A DNA stretch of 64,000 nt from Curvularia clavata. Lineage: Eukaryota. A model generated the notes under the pieces. The model saw only the letters and a list, made by a program, of their open reading frames with translations. It did not search any database and was not told where the DNA came from. Numbering within the stretch: the first letter of the stretch is position 1; every line of letters starts with the position of its first letter. Shown piece by piece: positions 26,092 through 39,028 of the stretch. The translations under genes and the position numbers were made by a program. Location of the stretch: assembly GCA_023920165.1 (NCBI GenBank), contig CP089276.1, positions 3,410,001 through 3,474,000 of the forward strand, written 5' to 3'.

Positions 26092-26922
26092 ATGGCGGAG
26101 GCAACACAGCTCGTCTACCATCGAGACGGACAGCGGCTGCTTCATAGCGCCAAAGTCCTTTCCGTTGTCTCTGTGGCTGAACTCCCAACGCCGGACAAGG
26201 ACCTTGTGAAAGATGCGCCAGAAGTAGAGCACGCTGTCATTACCAATTCTACCGTCTTCCATGTTCAGGGAGGTGGCCAGCCTTCAGATATCGGAATCAT
26301 GACACCCTCCTCAGATGATGCAGCTGCCAAAGACAAGCCAACATTCCAGGTTAAGTCGGTACGGCAGCCAGCTCAGGGAAACCAAATTCTTCATTTTGGC
26401 CGCTTCGACCCACCTAACGGAGCCAATGCCCCCTTCAATGCGGGGGACGAACTCCAGCAGCATGTAGATGCAGAGAAGCGTAATCTTCACTCGCGCCTAC
26501 ATAGCGCAGGGCACATCATGAGTCTGGCCATCCACGCGCTATCTCTCGAAGGCGTGCTGCCCCCACTCAAAGAGTCAAAAGCTTCTCATTACCCTGATTC
26601 GGCAGCGGTTCACTTCATTGGAAGCCTCGAAGCAAAGCACAAGGACATCATCCAGGCCAAGACGGACGAGTTCGTACAATCCGCCCGACCCATCAAGATC
26701 CACTGGTGGCCAATGGAAGAGCTGATGGAGAAATGCTATGCTAGCGAGGGGTTCACGCTGCCTGAGGGAGAGACTGTGGGTCGAGTGGTTGAGATGGAAG
26801 GTCTCGGAAGTTATCCCTGTGGCGGAACGCATGTCCAGGATTGCAGCCAAGTGGGCAAGATTGAAGTGAAGAAGATATCGCGATCCAAAGGGACCACTAA
26901 GGTGTCATACCGGGTCCTGTAG
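26092..26922 (+). CDS. Free-standing AlaX-type alanyl-tRNA editing protein (ThrRS/AlaRS editing domain)
   Basis: Intronless 276-aa ORF. TVFHVQGGGQPSDIG, zinc motifs RLHSAGH (HxxxH) and PCGGTHV (CxxxH); no aminoacylation domain. Confidence 0.9.
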   Translation: MAEATQLVYHRDGQRLLHSAKVLSVVSVAELPTPDKDLVKDAPEVEHAVITNSTVFHVQGGGQPSDIGIMTPSSDDAAAKDKPTFQVKSVRQPAQGNQILHFGRFDPPNGANAPFNAGDELQQHVDAEKRNLHSRLHSAGHIMSLAIHALSLEGVLPPLKESKASHYPDSAAVHFIGSLEAKHKDIIQAKTDEFVQSARPIKIHWWPMEELMEKCYASEGFTLPEGETVGRVVEMEGLGSYPCGGTHVQDCSQVGKIEVKKISRSKGTTKVSYRVL

Positions 26923-27908
26923 TATCACCCTAGAGAGGCTTCTGATGTGCATACTGTTGATTTCATGGGTTAGACGCAGCTTGGAAGGAAGTGATATTCC
27001 CACAAGCTGAAGCGCTTGCATATCAATCCGTTGTTTACTAAGGGCACGTTAGCATTCAAAGTCCTGGTCTAGAATATCATTAGCACAAGCTGAAGGCGTG
27101 CATTGCACTTCGGTCATAGTTTTTAATCCCCGTTGATGAAAGAGCGGGGTATCATGCTACAACATGGATACCCAGTGCTTGGTAGGAAAAAGAAACTATA
27201 GCAAAGGGATTTTTTTGCAAACAATTGTCGTGATGCTACTGCGTAGCATTGTCATCCACAATACCCCAACATGACAGCAAAGGGAATGCGAAACTTACCT
27301 CCCATATTTTACAAAATACTAAGATTGTCTCAGCGAAGCATTCCTAGTTCATGGTGTTCTACCTGTCAGGTCTCGGCGCCCTTGCTTGGGCATACTCCGT
27401 CAGTCTGCAATAGCTGCTGCTGCTTGCAGCTCAGCCCACAAACCATATATAGATCTTCCATTATATTCCTTGTGTATTTTTGCATACATTATGCTATCTG
27501 AGCATAGCCTACCATATCCAGACGCTACTGCTGAATCTTCTCGCTGCTCTGAGGGTGGTGCCAAGCACCATCTCTTCGGTACACCATCACCGCCAAGCCC
27601 TCAGCCCCTTCAGCTTCAGGGTCTTATGGAATCAGGTTAGCGAAAATGTTATAACATATGGGAGCACTTTGTTCTTAGCATTCACAGAATATGGAACATA
27701 TATAGCTATGAAAAGGACTGTGGAGGGGAAAGTCAAGACAAATCTCGCATTGGTATCCAATATCCTCTACAGAAAACAATATCACATTGTTGCCTTATAT
27801 TTGTCGCAAACCCGGCAAGCTTGCATTTGTTCATCAATCTGAATCTGCTGTGTGGTTCCTTTTCATTGCTAAACCGACCATCGACGTCATTATTGGACTC
27901 CACTCGAC

Positions 27909-29234
27909 ATGGCCGACTCATCGTACAACTTCACACTGATTGACACTGGCTCTTTCGTCGTCCAAAACTGCGAGCATCTAACAAAAATATGGCACTATAT
28001 TAAATACAACCTAACCGAGGACTCGCATCATTATCTCGCATATGGAAACAAGGATGATGTTTACAGTTACATTATCGAGGGCTTCAATGATTATTTGACG
28101 TCTAACGGGCTTGAAAAACCGCCAGAAACCCAGGAGTTCTGGGATTGGTCTATCAGTCTGTATCGCCCTGTTACGGATGAAGGATTGTCGCAATGCTCAT
28201 CACAAATGTGCAGAGCTATTGGCTGGGAAGGCAGTCCAGACCTTGCGGGAATTGGTGTAAGAACTATGTCCGAACTTTAGATTGCATCCTAACAGGCACA
28301 GATGCTAGTCACGTACATCACGCAAGCGATACTGGTCACGTTATACTTGTTCTCGATCCTCACAGTTCGCCTTGATTGGTTGTCACCACGACTAAAGAAG
28401 TCGCGCATAATCTCTCGAACTCTCGTCTCCTTCCAACACTCGACTGCAGAATTTCTGTCCGCCTCATCGGTCTTTTCTGTTTCTCTGCTGGTTGCTTCTA
28501 TCCATTCCGTTGTGCGAAACAATTCCATCAACGAATCGGTATACATTATCATATTGCTCATACCTTTGAACTCCATCTTCCCAGCAATCATTCTTAATAT
28601 GGTTGCGTCGAGCATGCTCCGAAGGTCTAGGGGAAGAGTACTCCTATGGCTGCTCATAGAGCTCCTGACAATTGCTCTAGTCGCGTTAGGAACCGCTCTC
28701 CCTGCAGATACAGAAAATACTCCGACGAATGAAGACGGTCTCTTCGGGAACCATCATCCTTGTGTTGACTCTTTGTTCCTTAAAACCACAATATTTTCAT
28801 TCATGGTCACTGCAGCAATGCTGCTCGGGATCACAGCATACGTCTTGGACTCTCTTGTTTCCATGATTAGACATCGGCCCGGGATAGCTGCGCGGCTTCC
28901 GAACAGGGTACAATGGTGGACCATTGGCATCAGCCTATGTATAATGTGGTTTTTTATCGGTTGGCTTGTCAATCTCGCTAAGGACATAGAATCTCGGACT
29001 GGTGGCAACAACAATGACAGTGAGTGGACGTTCGGACAGATATTAGCGCTTGCAACATGGGTACCCACGATGGTGGAGTTTGCTTATATCTGGTGGGAAG
29101 AGCCTTTGCGAGCGCTGAACGGTCGACTGATGGCACCATACGAGGTGGTTGCAGCTTCAATGCAGGAGAGTGTGGTAGAGATGCAGTCCTCGAGGCCGAA
29201 GGCAGAGAGTGGTCGATTCGAACGACTCTATTAA
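27909..29234 (+). CDS. Uncharacterised multi-pass (~7 TM) membrane protein; 2 exons
   Basis: Intron 28257-28301 joins CRAIGWEGSPDLAGIG to MLVTYITQAILV. Seven hydrophobic segments, terminal WTFGQILALATWVP motif. Confidence 0.8.
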
Positions 29235-29731
29235 CGGAAAGGGAGATTTCGCAGCTTTAGGCTTTGGGCCCGTTCGCTATTTTTCTGATATAGTGTTTAC
29301 TTGATGTATCGCAAAGCCTCTTGTATCAACAGCATGGTAAAGACATCTTCTGTTTATTTATTTTGCATGCCAAACTTGTGATCATTAGAAAAGAAAAGAC
29401 ATATTAAGGACCGGTTTAGGCTGCCAGTGATGCATCCTGAATTTCGCGGTGTATCGTATATAATAGCGTGGGAAGGGAAACAAGAGGGGAAAGACGCACG
29501 TCGCGGAGGGTGGCGGTGCAACTGGCAAGGGCAAGCTTGGACCAAGCAGACCAACGTCACTGTCGGCCTTGCTTGCCTGCCTGCCGTGAGGGCTAGGAGC
29601 TCCACTCACCTTCAAGTCCTGGATACCTGATATCGCACTTGCTGTCGCCTTGTTCTACTCACGCGCGGACAGCGAGAACAAATAAACACCCTTCGCCTAT
29701 ACTTGGAACTGCCGCTATCCAGGTCGGCGAC

Positions 29732-31936
29732 ATGTGGGACGACGAGGACAACAACCCGTATGGGTCTTTTGCCCGCCACGATTCCAACGCCTCAGATATT
29801 CCCGGTCTGGCTTCACCCACGGCCCGTAAGCCTTCTATATACTCTATTAGATAACTGCCAGCATAGCCCAGCTGACGCCAGCAAAGTTCCGTATCGTCCC
29901 GCGACTCCTCCCTCCGAGGCATCCTCCCCCGCACACGAGTCGCCCGAGTATGTCGGCCAGCGAGCCCTAAGCGATGTCGACTACAACGAGGATCGCGCAG
30001 AGAATCTCAACGCAAAAGCGCCGAAGAAGGGCGGGTATGATGCGCGCGTCGAGCAATGGCTGTATGAACAACGCGACCAGGTTATCCTAATCACGGGTGC
30101 GGGGAAAGATGGTGTAAACTACATACAGTATACTATCAATTGCGGCGTAGGTGGACTCATTGTCGCGTACAGCATAAGACTAAGCAGTACAGGGCCTCGA
30201 GGTCAAACGCAGGTATTCTGAGTTCGCTTCGCTCCGCGCCGAACTGGTCAGATTACATCCAACACTTGTTGTTCCACCGATACCCGAGAAGCACACCATG
30301 GCCGATTATGCCGCGAAACCAACAAAGGCAAAGGAAGATGCCGGTATTATTGAGTTGCGCAAGCGCATGTTGGCTGTCTTCCTGAATAGGTGCCGGAAAA
30401 TGAAGGACATTTTGGAGGATGGTGTATTCTGGAGATTCCTCGATCCCTACACGAGTTGGGTATGCTTCAACTATGAACACTGGTTGAATACGTTAAGCTG
30501 ACGTACACAAGGCCGATGTTTTGAACAGTCCGCCCGTATCCAATATTCCCAAACAAATCCTCAAAGCACCTCCGCTGGATCCCGCGAACCCTACCCAAGC
30601 GCACAGCTACCTTCCCGTCCCTTCTTCGTCTGCTAAGCTCAAATCTGGCGGCGCGACTTCCAGTTCAGGTACACCGGTGACGCCTGCAAACAATGCCGCA
30701 TTGCCTTCAGCAGCCGCGCACACCACGCCAGGTCCCGCAATCTTTGGTCGCTTTCCCCCAGAGACACGAGACATGTCAGAAGAAGAGCTGGATCCATACT
30801 TTGTCAGTTTCGAGAACTCCTCAAAAGACTTGGAGAACTTGCTTCAAGGTCCAATGGAGAAGGTCAACAGGCGGCTGCTGATGCATCTTGGGAACTGGGG
30901 AGAAGACATGGCTGATTTGGGTGCTCGGTTTAACGCCTTCTCGCTATCGGAACAGACACAGTCACTTGCTGCGGCTATAGAAAAGGTTGGACAAGCAGTC
31001 GACTCGACGTATATTGCAACTACGGAACTCTCCTCTTCTCTCAGCGCGAGCTTTTCCGAGCCTATGCGCGAAAGTGCGCAGTTTGCTGGTGTTGTACGGT
31101 CCATTCTCCGATACCGAGTACTCAAGAGGATACAAGAAGACATGACAAAGGACGAGCTGGAAAAGAAGCGCAACTTACTCGAATCGCTGGAGCGGAGCGA
31201 AGCAGAATCAAAACGCTTGGAACAACATCTGAGCGGTGTGGGTCATGCACCTTCGCGGAGTCGTGCAGCATCCTACAGCTCGCAGCGCAGCGGCAGCGAT
31301 CCTGAACAAGCCCGATCTGAGGACGACAGGGCATCAATCGACTCGGACTTTCCGCCCACACACAGTGACCCACCATCAAGCGCTCAAGGAGCTCCCGACA
31401 GCTACTCCCCGCCTAGCCAGCACAAAAAGACAGCCAGTGGCAACTTTGTAACTAACAAGCTATTTGGCTCCATCACGCATGCCTTCCGAGGCATGGCAGA
31501 CGTTGACCCTGAGAAAACACGGCGGGATCAAATTGGCAAGACAAGGGACAGTTTGGTGCAGGTGAGTCCACATGGCGAAGCACAGGTATTCTCTGGAGTA
31601 ATACTAACCAAAATCAGCTCGAACAAGCCCTTGGTGTTGCAGAAAAAGACACCAAAGACGCAAGTGCAGGCGTCATGAAGGACCTGCGCAGGTTCCAGAG
31701 TGAAAAGGAAGATGACCTGCGACGGTACATGGTAAGACACCCCATCCTTCACCCTGTTTCATGCCTAGCTTGCTAATTAGTGCTTTCAGATGGAGTTTGC
31801 ACAGTGCCACATCGACTGGGCAAAACGCAACAAGGCAGCGTGGGAAGAAGCAAGAGCAGAAGTAGACAACATTGTGCCGCAACCCGTGGAAGAATACCCC
31901 AGGAGATCTAGCGAGTTTGAAGCGAGAGAACAGTAG
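29732..31936 (+). CDS. SNX41: PX-BAR sorting nexin, Snx41/Atg20 family; 6 exons
   Basis: MWDDEDNNPYG start. PX motifs VKRRYSEFASLR and HPTLVVPPIPEKH..RKRMLAVFLNRC; BAR region DLGARFNAFSLSE. Introns 29826-29886, 30147-30192, 30460-30511, 31562-31617, 31732-31789. Confidence 0.87.
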
Positions 31937-32243
31937 TGGAAAAGGGTTAACACTGTAGCATTGCTTGTTCTTGTCATATTGTTTTAGCTGCTGATAGAGA
32001 TGTTGTCGAGAGTCAAAATCAAAGCTCTCTGTCTCTTCTGATCTATAACGAGATAGAATGCCTGTAATATTGCGACTCGCCGATACCAAACAACATTGAT
32101 GTTGGTCGTATATGCACGTGTATCTCCGTCTCTCTCCTTTCCAATCTAACAATCTAAGACCGCCATTATACTCATCAAAACACATATCCAAATGTCTTTC
32201 ATACCCGGTTTTTTCTTTTTCTAAAATATCCAACATGATCATT

Positions 32244-33925
32244 CTACGCCGTAAGCGCACTACTCAAGCCCAAGATACCCATGCCGGCAAAGGCACTAAC
32301 AAAGCACAAGCGTCGACTGTTCGTCATATCCAAGCTCTCGCCCAGCAACTGCAGGCTCACCATGGCCATTATGCCGCTGGTAACGGCAAACATGCATCCG
32401 TAGATGGTGTCCATGCCTGCGTCCTCGGCACTTCCGTCTCGCGCTCTTCCTTGCACTTTGAACCACAATGCAGCCACGCCGGCGCCTAGTGGTTGGCTTA
32501 CGCCGCCAAGGACGGTGGAGATGAGCATTGCTTTCCAGCGGGAGTTGATGGCGAGATATAGTGGCAGGGCGAGGGCGAAGCCTTCGGTTATGTTGTGCAC
32601 GAACAGTGCGAGGAAGATGGAGAAGCCAAGGGTTGGGTTTGCGTGGTTGGTGGCGTAGGTTATGAATCCCTCAGGGATTTTGTGAAGTGCGATGGCAGTA
32701 CTCGTTTGCAAACCAAGGGAGAGGAAGGCGTTGGTAGGAACATGGTGATGATGTTGGGTTTGGGATAAGTCGTTGGTATGGCTATGGTCGTGCGCGTGAG
32801 AGTCATGTGACGACCGCGACGATATTGAGGAACTACGGCTGTGTTTTTTCGTTGGATGAACGTGGTTTGCGTTTGTATCAGAGTGGCCATTTGCTGATGG
32901 CAGGCTGGCGAGTGAGCTTTCCAAGGTGGTTGGGACAGATTTCGTAGGGATTAAAGGCGTCGTCTCATCTACATCTTCCAACGCTGCTCGTCGGTCGTGC
33001 GGACCTTGTACTGTTTGACTCCTGGTCATAACAGATCGTGATGCTGTTAAGTTGCCAAGGGATTTCCTTGACTGCAAGCGCGTAGGTCGGATCTCGCAGA
33101 AATCACCATAACACTCCCCGTTGTGATTAGTATTGCACACTTTCTCGGCCCTGGTTACCAGCTGCGACATTTTGGACGATATAGATTGGTGCAACGATGG
33201 TCTCCTTGCCACACCACCATTTGGGACTTCGCTACTGGCTGCGACTGTGGGATGCTCGTGGTGTCCTTCGGTTTGCGGCAGTCCCGGCTGTTGCTCCTGC
33301 ATCGGTCCGTGCGAATGTCCATGATGTTCTCCGTCTTTTCCGTGCTCTTCGTCGCCATGTTCATCGCTGCAGTCTACAACAGAGTGTGGAATGTACTTAT
33401 GCAGGATCCCGGAGACAACAGAGATGCCAAGAGCACCAATCAGGAAACATCCGATCATTGTTAATATCGCATTCCTTGGAGTCATGCCACCTTGTGTCAA
33501 GTACTTCTTTGATGAAGGAAGCATACTGTATAGGGATGAAAATATCTCAACGTAAAGTCAACGAATGGGATACAGAGGTCTCGTTGCTATCAACACTCAC
33601 CATGACGCCAAAAGAAAGACTAAGTCCTGTAGATAGGAAGGCATTGCTCTGCTCAATCTTGAAGTTCCTCTTGCCTGGGAACTGGCGAATAATAATGTCG
33701 ACACATATTATTGAGGCTATTTCATGTCAGTTTTGGCCGCAGTCGTGTGCTGTGGAACATGGATCTGATCGTACCGCCGAACGTGCATGCTGTTAGCGCG
33801 TTAGCTTGGTTTTTCCTGGCAAAGGCAAAGCAGATCTCCGTGGAGCTGCCCAAGTTGTCAGAAGACTTACCGATGCCACTCACGGCGGTCATAATCCAAC
33901 CGCGAGTATCATTGTCGAGCCTCAT
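32244..33925 (-). CDS. ZIP-family zinc/metal transporter (Zrt3-like); 4 exons including a 15-nt microexon
   Basis: AIALHKIPEGF and ALFVHNITEGF metal-binding helices, His-rich loops. Introns 33870-33790, 33774-33717, 33600-33546. Alternative in-frame ATG at 33934. Confidence 0.92.
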
Positions 33926-34784
33926 AATGCCCATGCAGGTACTGTTCAGGATGACGTCGATATACCGAGATCTCGGTGAATCTCTCTTAAAGGCGATTGA
34001 TACGGAATAGTCGCGGAACAATCGCGGGAACCCACAGTTATCGGGGCGGACACGGGAAATGGATAAGAATATAAGGTTGAATGCTCAGGAAAGAGAAGCC
34101 GGGTCAGATGAGCCGTGTTCTTCGCACCGTGTTGGCCTCCTAGCGCGTATTTCTTAGAGCCGTAGGACTTTGGGTTAGTGGCTTGGCGGAGTCGCTGAAT
34201 AACGCGTGGCGTCATTGGTCCAAACTTACCAGTACCTTGTCACAGATCTTGAGTGACCACCAGGCACAGGAGAATGTGTCTGGGCCTACAGCAGCATTAA
34301 ATAATCGAAATCTTAATGAGGAAGAAGAGACATATTCGCGCCACTTTGAACAGGATAGGCCATCAGGAACATGTCATGTGTCAGAACAGGGTGGGCTTGT
34401 GGCGGTGTGCGACATCAACATTCACGACGCGGGGTATCAGTGACATATCGGAGTAACACAGTACTGATGTATTAGTGTTGTTATAGCAGCTCATCAAACG
34501 CTAGTCGCCTGGGTGCCGTGAGACACGCGAAGAAGAAACCTAGCATCCTAACTTTGGACGAATGTCTGTGAAAGGAAGCAGATGAGAACCTGATCCGCGT
34601 CCTCAAACAACCGACTTTGTGCGGTTGGAGAACATGTCTCATTCGAATAATATCTATGATAAAGCCACTGGGGGGCTGTAAACGCCATCACACCGTTACG
34701 CTATGCATGATAAAGGAAAAAACGCTAAGGGTCAGAATACAGGAGAGAAAGGAAAATCGTGGTTCGGGGCCGTGGTTGGAATGC

Positions 34785-36436
34785 TCAGCTGCCCGGTGGC
34801 CTAGGAAGAGGGATCCTGCTCCACGAGCCGGGGCCGTGTTCGGGTTTCTCGTTGATGACCAGCAGATTAGGCGAGGAACAGTAGCCACCTGGCTCCACTT
34901 TTCGTGTGCGTTCAATGTAATGGCCCGCGAGCTGCGCTTCGGTTGCATTTGATGCGAAGGCGGCGGCTGGATCGTCGAAAACCCAGACCTTATCCGTGAC
35001 GGTTTGACCAGGCTCTTCGGCAAAGCGTGCTTGTATCTCGGGGAAGCCAACAAAGTAGTTGAGGATGTCGTGAATTGGGGCGTAAAGGCGTTCAGGTCGA
35101 CGAATCAAGGAGAGCCAGCTTAAGGTTGTCTCATCGTAGGCCACGCGCACAAACGGGTTCATGTATATTCGCGACTCTGTCGGTTTGCCTTTGCCCGACA
35201 TTCGGTACTGGAGATCTGCATTTATCAAGCAGCACTCGGACGCCTCCCAGTCTTCCTTGGTATCATATCGGAATCGGAGCGGGGGCAGGTCACGGTTAGG
35301 TGACTGGCCTTGTGGATCCACAGCTTCTGGTGGTGCTTCGGCTCGGGCCTGGAACCACTTTGCTTCAAAAGCAACCATGCCGCCCCAGCAGCTTCGCACG
35401 CGTACAGCATCCCTGCCCTCGAGTACATCATTCCTGCTAGTTGCTGTACCTGCGCTGGTGAACCACGGGAAGAAGGGCAAGCCGGTTATCATGCCGTCAA
35501 AGTCGCGGGTTGCGAAGCGGTCGTAGAATTTGAAGGGCATAATGTGGTCGACGGCGCATGCTGCAGCATAGTCGGCGCGTCCAGACGAGTCGATGTTGGT
35601 TGCGAAAAGTAGCTGAGCAGCCTCGATGGGGTCAAAGTTGACATCGTTGAGATAGAGGAGTTTGTCGAAGCGTACGCCGAGCTTGTCAATTGGGTCCAAT
35701 GCTCGATTACGCACCTCGGCAAGGAATGCGATCCGTTTAAGGCGTGCCTCGCCGTTCGGTAGTGTAATGTGGGGAAGAGAAGCGAGATCGAGCTTTTCGG
35801 CTACGATAGTAGAATTGCCTAATGGGTCTATCAGTGGGTCGTAGCGCCAAGTCGAAGGATTTACCTACATTTGACCTTGTTGCGAAATGCAATCAGTGAC
35901 TGATTAGTAGCAGAGTCTGGGTTGTTTTCGTATATGCTCAGATGGACATTCTCCTGACCAAGCAGATGGACCAGCTGCAGCACTTGGTTCCCCCAAGCAC
36001 CGGAAGTCAAGTCGCCCTTGTGTTCGGCAAGCGACGCGGCTATAAAGACCTTTTCGTTGTAAGGGTTGGCGCGGCCCGTGGTAGTCGCCCGCTTCCGTAG
36101 TTCGTCATAGTGCGCAGGCCTGACTGTGTAACTAGGAAAGAAGATGGCCGTGATGAGCACGAGGCATATCAACAGGTATGGTATGGAGAAGGCAGTCCAG
36201 TATACTAAGCGCAGTATGGATCGTTTGCGTCGGCGCGGTGTGACGTAGTGGACGTACAAGGCTCGGTCGGAGAGTTTGTCGACGTTGTTGAATGGCCATG
36301 TCAGACGTTGAAGCCACGAAGGCTTGGAAGGGGTGGTGCTCTCCAACAGCGCAAAGCCATGGTGCTGCTCGTCGTCGACCGAGTGTCTTGGGACCAGCTC
36401 ATACTGATGTATGGGCTGGCGGGAGGGTTTCAGCAT
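34785..36436 (-). CDS. Glycosyltransferase family 69 (CAP59/CMT1-like mannosyltransferase); 2 exons
   Basis: Type II TM anchor, VHLSIYEN, RIAFLAEVRNRAL, LLYLNDV, FYDRFATRD, VRVRSCWGGMVAF, ASECCLINAD, IYMNPFVRVAY. Intron 35868-35819. Confidence 0.92.
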
Positions 36437-38101
36437 CGGAAGGGTAGGCGGGGCGAGTGAAAGGGGCCTAGGAGCGAGCGGAATCCGCCATCAAGCAGAA
36501 GATGAGATCGGCCTGGGCGGAGGGGTGGGCGGGTGATATATGGCGTGGGCGGCGTGAGAGTGAATGGGCAAGTAAGCGGAAGGAATCAAGCAAGCAGCGT
36601 GGAGGCGGGTGGTGGTGGTGCAGCGGCCGCGAGGGCCCGAATGCGACACGCAATTCACACGTGCATTAACTTGGGGTCAGCATCGCGCAGGGTCCAGAGT
36701 GGAGAGGCGCCAGTGGGTGGCTGCCAGGACGCCGTCGCCCACCAAGCCTAGTGCAAGACGAGCGGGCGAATAACGTGCTTGGGTGCCCGGCACAGCCGTT
36801 TCAAGCATGAGGGTGTGTTGGTGGTGCTGTGACGACGTGCTGGTCACATTCAACGGCACCGACAGGGGAGCGCGTTGCGTTTGCACTGCTCCCGACTTGA
36901 TCCAATACACCCTCAGGCAGACGGGGCGGAGCACGCTGCAAAGACGCGGGCTGTGTGGGACAGGTGCATGCACTTGCTACTGCTGCTCGCAACACATGCC
37001 ATCCCCCCTTTATTTTGACTTTTATGGACCGTTGCGGCTAGCAGTCGACAGCTGCTGAGTCTGCACATGGGTGTCTGGCCTACGTCTCGGCCCATTTCCA
37101 AAGGGCCGATGCTGAGGGAAACAAGCTTCTAGACTGCGTGCTCTCGTTCCCGCATGCTATTAGTGCAGCCACACCAATGCCTCCCTCCCTCCCGAACCAT
37201 CACCACCACACCCGTTCGCCGAAACAAGCCTCGCCACACATCTAGATACACACCAACATGCCATGCTTCTCATCAGCTGCCCAAGGCTCTCATGGCGCCA
37301 AGCGGCTTGACGCAATACATAGTCATCTCACTGACCAAACGTCACCCCGAGCCACCTCCGACATCTCACCATCATGAATGCACAGCCATCAATACCGCGC
37401 GTATAGACAGTAGCTGATTTGGTCGCAAGCCTACCCGCAATAGTAAATACGTATTCGCATGCGCCTGGTACGAATAATACGCACAACTCAATCTGGTTAG
37501 CACCTTAGCCACAGGTCAGCTCGGTGCCGAAAAACCCTACAGCCGACCGAAGACGGCACCCGTGGTACGTATGCTTGCTGCCCCTGGCGGCCCCAGGCTC
37601 GTCCACTACCGGAACCGCCTTTCGTCAATGGCGCCAGAATCCGTATCCAACGGACAAACGTTGGTTTCTCATGGCCGCTCGGACACACCACCCTCCGGTC
37701 GTGCACTCCAGAAGCCGTCTCCATCCATGCTCTTTTCTTTTCCTCATCGCCAAGGTCCTTATCCACACTTCTTATCCACACTCCTTCGTCCGCTGGTCCT
37801 TTCCGTCTCATTTCCGTCGTAATCTGCATCTAAGCGCCGTTCCTCCGAGTCGCCATCTGCGCCGACAACAGCTAACACCATCAACACTTAGTTTTGTTAT
37901 GATGAGAATCGTCAGCTCTCCACTTTATCAAGCAGCAATTACCCTCGAGGCACAGACCAACGGGCCAACGGCAAGACTGTGAAAATCAATCGCCATGGAC
38001 CGTTTTGCTTTTTGAACTCGTCAATGCCATGATATGCCTACATGGCTTTAGCATCTAGTCCTTCTCCTTGCCTATGGTTTTTCCAATTACTGCCCAGGGT
38101 A

Positions 38102-39028
38102 TCACGACAAATCTCGTGCATCTGTTGCAAAACGACAGTATCGTGGGAACTGGATCGACGAGCTTGTGACGTAATCTGGTGTAGCATACCCAATACTAGT
38201 CCGCGGTATCTCCTGGGTCGTTCCGGATCCATTGCTCGAGCTCGACGATAACGTAGATGAAGAAGCAGTGGGTGACGCTGGGGCCACCTTGTTGAGTGCT
38301 TCAAGAACAATAGGCGGATACTCGTCACAGATGTGAATGTAATCAACTCTCCGGGCTCCACTCATGTGCTCCATAGGCGACTGGCCTGTTACCGAGAAAT
38401 TCTGCTCGCGTGCCCCGGATGCCTCGGGGCCGACGCTTTCTTCATGTGGCTTGTGATACTGGGACAACCCTTGAGGCTGATATCCAGGCAAACCATGGTC
38501 AGGCTTAGACGTCCTTGGTGCTATTTGGCGACTTGTTTGCTGAGGGATCTCTGGGTGCATTACGGATGACGATGCGTGGAGAGCGTCCTGCGCCTGCCAA
38601 TACATTGGTATCTGTTGCTGCATCATTGGCTGCATATTCTGTACCCGCTCTTTCCGTTTCAGTGAGGGCCGATATGGCTGTCCGCGTGGTCCATGTGCTT
38701 GTAAAGGATGCTGCATCATTGGTCTTGTATCCCCGTTCCCACCCCGAATCCGCCCTTCCTCACAATCCCGGTATTCACGATCCCTTTTTATGTGCAAACG
38801 CTCCGGTCTTCTCCCTCCCACACTTTTTCCATCTCTGGAGTAATGCTTTTCAACGCACACAACCGCTGGTGGCTGAACTGGCTGGAGTGACCAAGTATGA
38901 GGATAATGGCTGAGGTCGAGACAATGCCGGTGTATATAGCAGACAACACACCACGTGACAAAGCAAATGGTGAAGAAACCAAACAAACTAGCACAGACGA
39001 CTGCGATGATGAGGTTGGTATTGGTCAT
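38102..39028 (-). CDS. Orphan protein with N-terminal TM helix and Cys-rich juxtamembrane segment, followed by a disordered Q/P/S-rich region
   Basis: Long intronless ORF; MTNTNLIIAVVCASLFGFFTICFVTWCVVCYIHRHC. No recognised domain. Confidence 0.6.
   Translation of the reverse strand: MTNTNLIIAVVCASLFGFFTICFVTWCVVCYIHRHCLDLSHYPHTWSLQPVQPPAVVCVEKHYSRDGKSVGGRRPERLHIKRDREYRDCEEGRIRGGNGDTRPMMQHPLQAHGPRGQPYRPSLKRKERVQNMQPMMQQQIPMYWQAQDALHASSSVMHPEIPQQTSRQIAPRTSKPDHGLPGYQPQGLSQYHKPHEESVGPEASGAREQNFSVTGQSPMEHMSGARRVDYIHICDEYPPIVLEALNKVAPASPTASSSTLSSSSSNGSGTTQEIPRTSIGYATPDYVTSSSIQFPRYCRFATDARDLS

Noticed and set aside
34505..34600. TPP-riboswitch-like fragments (GGGTGC..TGAGA, GAACCTGATC, GAAAGGA)
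   Set aside because: The elements are out of order, the TAATxCC loop is missing, and the site is not in an intron of a thiamine gene.
37758..37782. Two TTATCCACA (DnaA-box-like) 9-mers
   Set aside because: This is eukaryotic DNA; a short local tandem duplication explains it.
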